Of a stretch of DNA of 36,400 nt, positions 32,543-36,400 are shown in pieces. The DNA is from a virus: the IMG/VR virus record IMGVR_UViG_3300045988_172432, positions 1-36,400 of that record; one strand, 5' to 3'. The position numbers and the translations under genes are program-made. The notes under the pieces were generated by a model, which had not been told where the DNA came from, did no database searches, and was given only the letters and a program-made list of their open reading frames with translations. Positions within the stretch are counted from its first letter, which is position 1. Each line of letters opens with the position of its first letter.

Positions 32543-32835
32543 AATTGTATGCTTTTTCGTTAGTGCGCACAGCCGCAGGCGTCCGGTGCCGCAGCGTGCA
32601 TGGGTTGTTGTTAATATGAGTTATTGTTGTGCTATAAGCCTTCTTTGCAGCTCCCGCCTTGCGTGAGCCATGTGTGAGCCGTTGTGTGTGAGCAACACTG
32701 CATAGTAGTTACCTATATATATGGCGCAAACCGCTCGCGCCGCCCGCATGTGCCGCCGCACACACACCACATGGTCCCTCGGGGCCTCGTGTCACTCTCT
32801 CTCACCGTTGCCGCCCCGTGTGTGTGCAATGGCAC

Positions 32836-33036
32836 TTAATAGTACTCACGCCACACGCGTTTAATCTCGGCACCGGTTATGAACTTTCTGCAGTTCACCT
32901 TGCTCCAGCCGCAGGTTATGCGCCCGCTCGTCACCCATCGCTTGATGGTGGAGCGCGACACGCCGAGCAGCTCTGCCGCGCGCCCCACGGGGTAACGCCC
33001 CGTGTCGGCCACCTGGGGTTCAGTCTCCGTCATCAT
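32836..33036 (-). CDS. xis: Excisionase/AlpA-type HTH protein (HTH_17-like, 66 aa)
   Basis: YPVGRAAELLGVSRSTIKRWVTSGRI...KFITGAEIKRVW. Start refined to ATGATG 33031-33036, which overlaps the upstream stop. Confidence 0.65.
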   Translation of the reverse strand: MMTETEPQVADTGRYPVGRAAELLGVSRSTIKRWVTSGRITCGWSKVNCRKFITGAEIKRVWREYY

Positions 33037-33347
33037 GGTTGCTGTCCTCCTGCTGTTTGTTGTTGTGGGTTGTTGCCCGTTGTTGGTTGTGGGTTGTTGC
33101 CCGTTGTCACTTCGCCCTGCCCGCCCTGCGCGCGCTCCACCAGGTAGCACTTGCCGCGTGCGGCGTCCTTCTTCACTCTCACTTGCCACTCGTTGCGCCC
33201 GCTCTGGCGGTTCAACCTGGCTTTTGCCATAATCAGCGCCGAAAAACTCATTGCACTGCAAGGTATTTCAATGCCGCTGCCCGGCTTCATTGAGCGCAGC
33301 GTGGCCGTCGGGCTGATGCTGCGCAGTATCCTGTTTTTTGCTTCCAT
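33033..33347 (-). CDS. Hypothetical first gene of the leftward early operon (104 aa) with a repetitive C-terminus
   Basis: Start refined to ATG 33345-33347. The C-terminal GNNPQPTTGNNPQQQT is encoded by a 24-bp tandem repeat (33064-33107). Confidence 0.5.
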   Translation of the reverse strand: MEAKNRILRSISPTATLRSMKPGSGIEIPCSAMSFSALIMAKARLNRQSGRNEWQVRVKKDAARGKCYLVERAQGGQGEVTTGNNPQPTTGNNPQQQTAGGQQP

Positions 33348-33350
33348 TTG

Positions 33351-33452
33351 CTTGTAAACATAACATGTATTCTTTACATTTGTATGCGTAACGCGGTTAC
33401 GTAACATCGTTATGTGGTGCAAATATAGCAAATTCAATATAATTACAACAAA
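33351..33452. promoter_or_regulatory. Candidate lysis-lysogeny switch: face-to-face promoter motifs with palindromic operators
   Basis: Plus strand: CTTG, N20, TACATTTG (33375-33382). Minus strand: TTTG (plus 33449-33452), N21, TATATTTG (plus 33420-33427). Palindrome CGTAAC-GCG-GTTACG at 33387-33401. Outer inverted repeat ACATAAC/GTTATGT at 33358/33409. Confidence 0.45.
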
Positions 33453-33508
33453 TGGAATAATACAAAATATCGCAATCGTTATAAAATTAGGATATATAGA
33501 ACAATAAC

Positions 33509-33921
33509 ATGAAAGATATAGGACAATTAGAACAGCTCATTATAGCTTTGCAAAAGGAAATCAGTCGAAATTCGCAAAAGCTATGAATACAAGTCAGGGT
33601 ACAATAGGCACTTGGATATCCCGCAAGACCTTCGACCCCGAACGCATAAAGCGTGCATTTCCCCAAGTCGACGGCAACTGGCTCCTTACATTCGAAGGCG
33701 AAATGCTCCTACCCGACGACCAAGGCACAATACAAGTAGGCGGCCACCACAACACCACGAAAATAAACTCCACAGGCAATATAGAGACAGCCCAAAGCAG
33801 TGATAATGAGGTGATAACACTACAACACGCCATCGAACTCCTGCAAAAAGATAATGCCGCCTTGCACGCCCTCCTCGACGAAAAAGAACGCCTCATTAAG
33901 GTTCTGCTCGACAAAGGCTGA
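33509..33921 (+). pseudogene. XRE/cI-like HTH repressor candidate split by a 1-nt frameshift near an A4 run (33552-33555)
   Basis: ATG 33509 gives MKDIGQLEQLIIALQKE... and stops at 33584-33586. The next frame reads KGNQSKFAKAMNTSQGTIGTWISRKTF...NWLLTFEGEML through to 33921. The track ORF (33583-33921) starts inside helix 2 of the HTH. Confidence 0.5.
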
Positions 33922-33955
33922 AACGAATACATGATATGTTTAATACGCACGCGCA

Positions 33956-33994
33956 TTTACGCCCCTTTTGCCACAACCGCAAAAGGGGCGTAAA
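33956..33994. terminator. Perfect 16-bp hairpin between convergent genes (candidate bidirectional terminator)
   Basis: TTTACGCCCCTTTTGC (33956-33971), 7-nt loop, GCAAAAGGGGCGTAAA (33979-33994). The U-tracts are weak on both strands. Confidence 0.5.
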
Positions 33995-34107
33995 CGCTTT
34001 ATAAACACACAAAAAAAGGGCCTCCCCCCATAACAGAGGAAAGCCCCATAATGCTGCCCGCAGACCCCGGGCAGCAGTCAAAACAAAGAGACGGCCCGCG
34101 AATGTGC

Positions 34108-34509
34108 CTACCGCATGCCAGCCAAAGCTTCGCCAATAGCGTGCAAGGCATCAACTATGCGCGCCCGCTGCCCGTCGCGCGGCACTTTAAGCCCCGTGGC
34201 ATAATGAGTCAGCAAAGCCTGGTTGATACCCGACACACGAGATATGATTTTAAGCGACGTATAATTCTCGGCCAAACGAATGAGGGCCGCCGCACCCAAT
34301 TCCACGTCCAACCCATACTCGCCAGCCTTGACCCACGGCGCAACCTCCTCCATGTCGCCCGCATGCTCGGTTATGGCACGGCGCACTTCAACAAGCAACT
34401 CGTCGTAACTCCCGGCAGTGGCAACCACCACACCATGCAAGCGCTCATCATCAGACACCGCAGCATAATTCTTGTCACACCAATTCACCTTAATCTTAAT
34501 CTGTTCCAT
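34108..34509 (-). CDS. hicB: HicB-family antitoxin with a C-terminal HTH-like module (133 aa)
   Basis: Sits directly downstream of hicA. N-terminal HicB-like fold pattern. The C-terminus is SRVSGINQALLTHYATGLKVPRDGQRARIVDALHAIGEAL. Start refined to ATG 34507-34509. Confidence 0.7.
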   Translation of the reverse strand: MEQIKIKVNWCDKNYAAVSDDERLHGVVVATAGSYDELLVEVRRAITEHAGDMEEVAPWVKAGEYGLDVELGAAALIRLAENYTSLKIISRVSGINQALLTHYATGLKVPRDGQRARIVDALHAIGEALAGMR

Positions 34510-34576
34510 ATTATATCTCTGTATTATATTGTACATGTCTCAGAGTAAGGCTTTCAATCCTTACTCCAAAACTAAC

Positions 34577-34774
34577 CTAACGCCAACGGGCTTGTTTCCA
34601 AATACTCAGTAACAGGAAATCATCTAAAGTGTCACTCATCTTGCCCCTCACTGTTACCTTGCCACTCTTTGTGGGGTGCTTGAACTGTCGGTGGTCGCCG
34701 TTGTTGGCCTTAACTCTGTACCAGCCGTCCTTTTCAAGCAATTTTATAACTTCTCTTACTTTTAATTTCTTCAT
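34577..34774 (-). CDS. hicA: HicA-family mRNA interferase toxin (65 aa)
   Basis: KVREVIKLLEKDGWYRVKANNGDHRQFKHPTKSGKVTVRG is the classic HicA motif. Start refined to ATG 34772-34774. Confidence 0.8.
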   Translation of the reverse strand: MKKLKVREVIKLLEKDGWYRVKANNGDHRQFKHPTKSGKVTVRGKMSDTLDDFLLLSIWKQARWR

Positions 34775-34868
34775 AGGCTTTCTCTTTGTGTTTGACAATG
34801 TAAAGGTATAAAATAATATACTTCTAACCAAGCTTTTTCTCGTAAAAAAAGTATATTATATTTCACCC

Positions 34869-36161
34869 TTAATACGCGCCACCCCCGCCTTTCACATACT
34901 CAATCACCCGCCTCACCGCCTCGTCCACCTTGCGCGCATCACGCCTTATGTATATATCCGCCATTCTGCACGGCGATTTGTGCCCCAGCGCAGCATCAAT
35001 CACCGCGTCAGGCACATCAATCTCAGCCGCCAGCGTAGCCCACGTGTGCCGCGCCCAGTACGACGTCAGCTCCGGAAACAAAGCATTATACACCTTCACC
35101 CGCTGCTTGCCGCCACACTGCCCCCGTCGGCGCACATACATATAACCCGACGGCCCCACCTTCTGCAGCCCCTCGTTAAACCTGTGCAGCCAGTCATGCC
35201 ACCCCTCCGCGCCAGGCTTCAGCCGCTCCCCAAACCACAGCAAATGCCGCTCCCCCCTGTAACGCTCAATAATAGCCCGGGCCTCAGGCGGCACCGACAG
35301 CTGGCACAACACCCCCGTCTTGCTCCTCCTGTACCTTATGACACCGTCCGCCCCCAACGGCGGCAGCCCCATCAAGTCCACCAGGTTAATACCCGCCAAA
35401 TAAAACGACAGCATAAACACATCAACATACTTCCGCTGCCACCCCTCACACGGGTAATCCCTCAGCCGCCTCAAGTCACCCACCGAAAGCGACCGCTTCA
35501 TCGTATCCTCCTTCTTGATCTTAAACCGTCTGAAAGGGTACAAGTCAGCCGGCGCCACCCCCTCATCAATAGCCGCATTCATCACCGCGCGAATATTGCG
35601 CAAGTGAATGCCCCGCGTGTTCACGCTGCAAGTCGTTCCCAGCCACTGCTCAAAGTCGCGCAGCCACCCCACACTGATGTCGGCAAACCTCAGGCGCCCC
35701 ACATCACAGTATCCCCCCATCTTGCGCAGCGTCATCTCATACACCTGCCTTGTTTTCTCCTTGTCCCTTCGGGCTATAAACTTCTCGGCAAACGTGCCAA
35801 ACGCCGCCTCATTCCCGGTCCCGTTCCCTTCGCCGTTCCCTTCCTCGCCATCATTCCCGTGTTTAGCCAGCACAGCCTTTTTAATCTCTGCCGCCTTCAT
35901 CTTGTCCACCTCGTACCCGTTGCAGGCAAGTTCTTCAATGTCAAGCTGCAGCTTAGCCCTTTTAATGCCAAGCATCTGCGTCAGTTTCCCGGCCATAGGC
36001 ACGCCCACCACCTTGCCGGCTTCAAATTCATTCTTATGCAGCATCAGCCCGGTGGCAATTTGAGCCGCCGTGCCATTGTTGTATATCACCATGTACAGCC
36101 GCCCTTTGCCCTCATCGCTTGTGCGTCTCAAATCCAGATACCATTTTATTTTGTATGCCAT
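34869..36161 (-). CDS. int: Tyrosine site-specific integrase (430 aa)
   Basis: The C-terminal ARHTWATLA...ALGHKS...ADIYIRRD fits the R-H-R-Y catalytic pattern. It has a Bacteroidota-type N-terminal arm-binding-like domain and lies adjacent to att. Confidence 0.9.
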   Translation of the reverse strand: MAYKIKWYLDLRRTSDEGKGRLYMVIYNNGTAAQIATGLMLHKNEFEAGKVVGVPMAGKLTQMLGIKRAKLQLDIEELACNGYEVDKMKAAEIKKAVLAKHGNDGEEGNGEGNGTGNEAAFGTFAEKFIARRDKEKTRQVYEMTLRKMGGYCDVGRLRFADISVGWLRDFEQWLGTTCSVNTRGIHLRNIRAVMNAAIDEGVAPADLYPFRRFKIKKEDTMKRSLSVGDLRRLRDYPCEGWQRKYVDVFMLSFYLAGINLVDLMGLPPLGADGVIRYRRSKTGVLCQLSVPPEARAIIERYRGERHLLWFGERLKPGAEGWHDWLHRFNEGLQKVGPSGYMYVRRRGQCGGKQRVKVYNALFPELTSYWARHTWATLAAEIDVPDAVIDAALGHKSPCRMADIYIRRDARKVDEAVRRVIEYVKGGGGAY

Positions 36162-36198
36162 TTTTTGTTCCTATTGCATTTCTTCCCGCAGTCCGATT

Positions 36199-36228
36199 GC
36201 TCACAATATGCTCACAATATGCTCACAA
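36199..36228 (+). repeat. Three direct GCTCACAA copies (11-bp period); candidate integrase arm-type sites, right arm
   Basis: GCTCACAATATGCTCACAATATGCTCACAA, 38 nt upstream of the integrase ATG. Same motif and orientation as 110-128. Confidence 0.6.
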
Positions 36229-36302
36229 AATTGCGCCAAAATATCGCAAAATAGGCCCAAATGAGCCATAAAAAAGACTTGTACAACAGTGCTAACACAA
36301 CG

Positions 36303-36348
36303 AAAAAACCGCCGATTATCAAGTTTAATTACCTGATAATCAGCGGTT
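36303..36348 (-). terminator. Rho-independent terminator supplied by phage DNA just downstream of the tRNA-Pro 3' end
   Basis: 15-bp stem (36307-36321 / 36334-36348, one G-U pair). A6 on plus (36303-36308) gives a U-tract on minus. Confidence 0.7.
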
Positions 36349-36356
36349 TAAGTAAA

Positions 36357-36400
36357 TGTCGGGGCGACGGGATTCGAACCCACGACCCCCTGCTCCCAAA
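36357..36400 (-). tRNA. 3' portion of tRNA-Pro(UGG), right att core copy; probably the intact gene continuing past the window edge
   Basis: Identical to 1-44. The window ends inside the anticodon loop, so completeness cannot be seen. Confidence 0.6.

Larger units (their letters stand above)
1..36400. mobile_element. Integrated temperate tailed phage (siphovirus-like gene content), apparently complete, inserted in a tRNA-Pro gene
   Basis: Identical 44-nt repeat at both window ends. Integrase lies next to the right end. Packaging, head, tail, lysis, replication and lysogeny modules lie in between. Confidence 0.85.

Noticed and set aside
32836-33437. Long forms of the two overlapping ORFs (141 aa and 134 aa)
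   Set aside because: The long forms overlap each other for about 230 nt in different frames. Internal starts at 33036 and 33347 give a clean ATGATGA-coupled pair and remove the low-complexity N-terminal extensions.
34980-36254. 424-aa plus-strand ORF opposite the integrase
   Set aside because: It is an extremely Pro/Arg/His/Gln-rich shadow ORF. The minus-strand frame carries the clear tyrosine-recombinase motifs.

Overview
The window is essentially one complete integrated temperate tailed phage of about 36.3 kb. It is bounded by an identical 44-nt direct repeat (1-44 and 36357-36400), which is the 3' part of a tRNA-Pro(UGG) gene on the minus strand. A tyrosine integrase and GCTCACAA arm-type repeats sit at the ends. 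Host-type signals point to a Bacteroidota host, as an inference only: TTTG/TAnnTTTG promoter motifs, DUF5053-like and HU-like proteins, and no Shine-Dalgarno usage. Almost all genes are on the minus strand. From right to left they are: integrase, hicAB, a divergent frameshifted HTH repressor-like gene, an Xis-like operon, a tRNA-like RNA, a primase-helicase, small early genes, a DUF4160/DUF2442/HicB-like cassette, TerS-like and TerL, a ClpP-type protease-scaffold, the major capsid protein, two HU-like genes, a fiber-like protein, a lysis cassette, a putative portal, the tape measure protein and a tail-tip gene. The most unusual feature is a family of 18 AT-rich nested-palindrome mosaic elements, which I label PME. 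They are built from 8-bp units around a GTTAAGAGG-N31-CCTCTTAAC core and fill nearly every cassette junction between 7.8 and 31.7 kb. One copy has its core inverted. Other non-coding structures include a 22-bp-phased iteron array beside the primase-helicase with a short duplicate at 16.4 kb, a 12-copy TGTATC array upstream of the packaging genes, and a 108-nt tRNA-like RNA. All functional calls come from motif recognition by eye. No searches were run.
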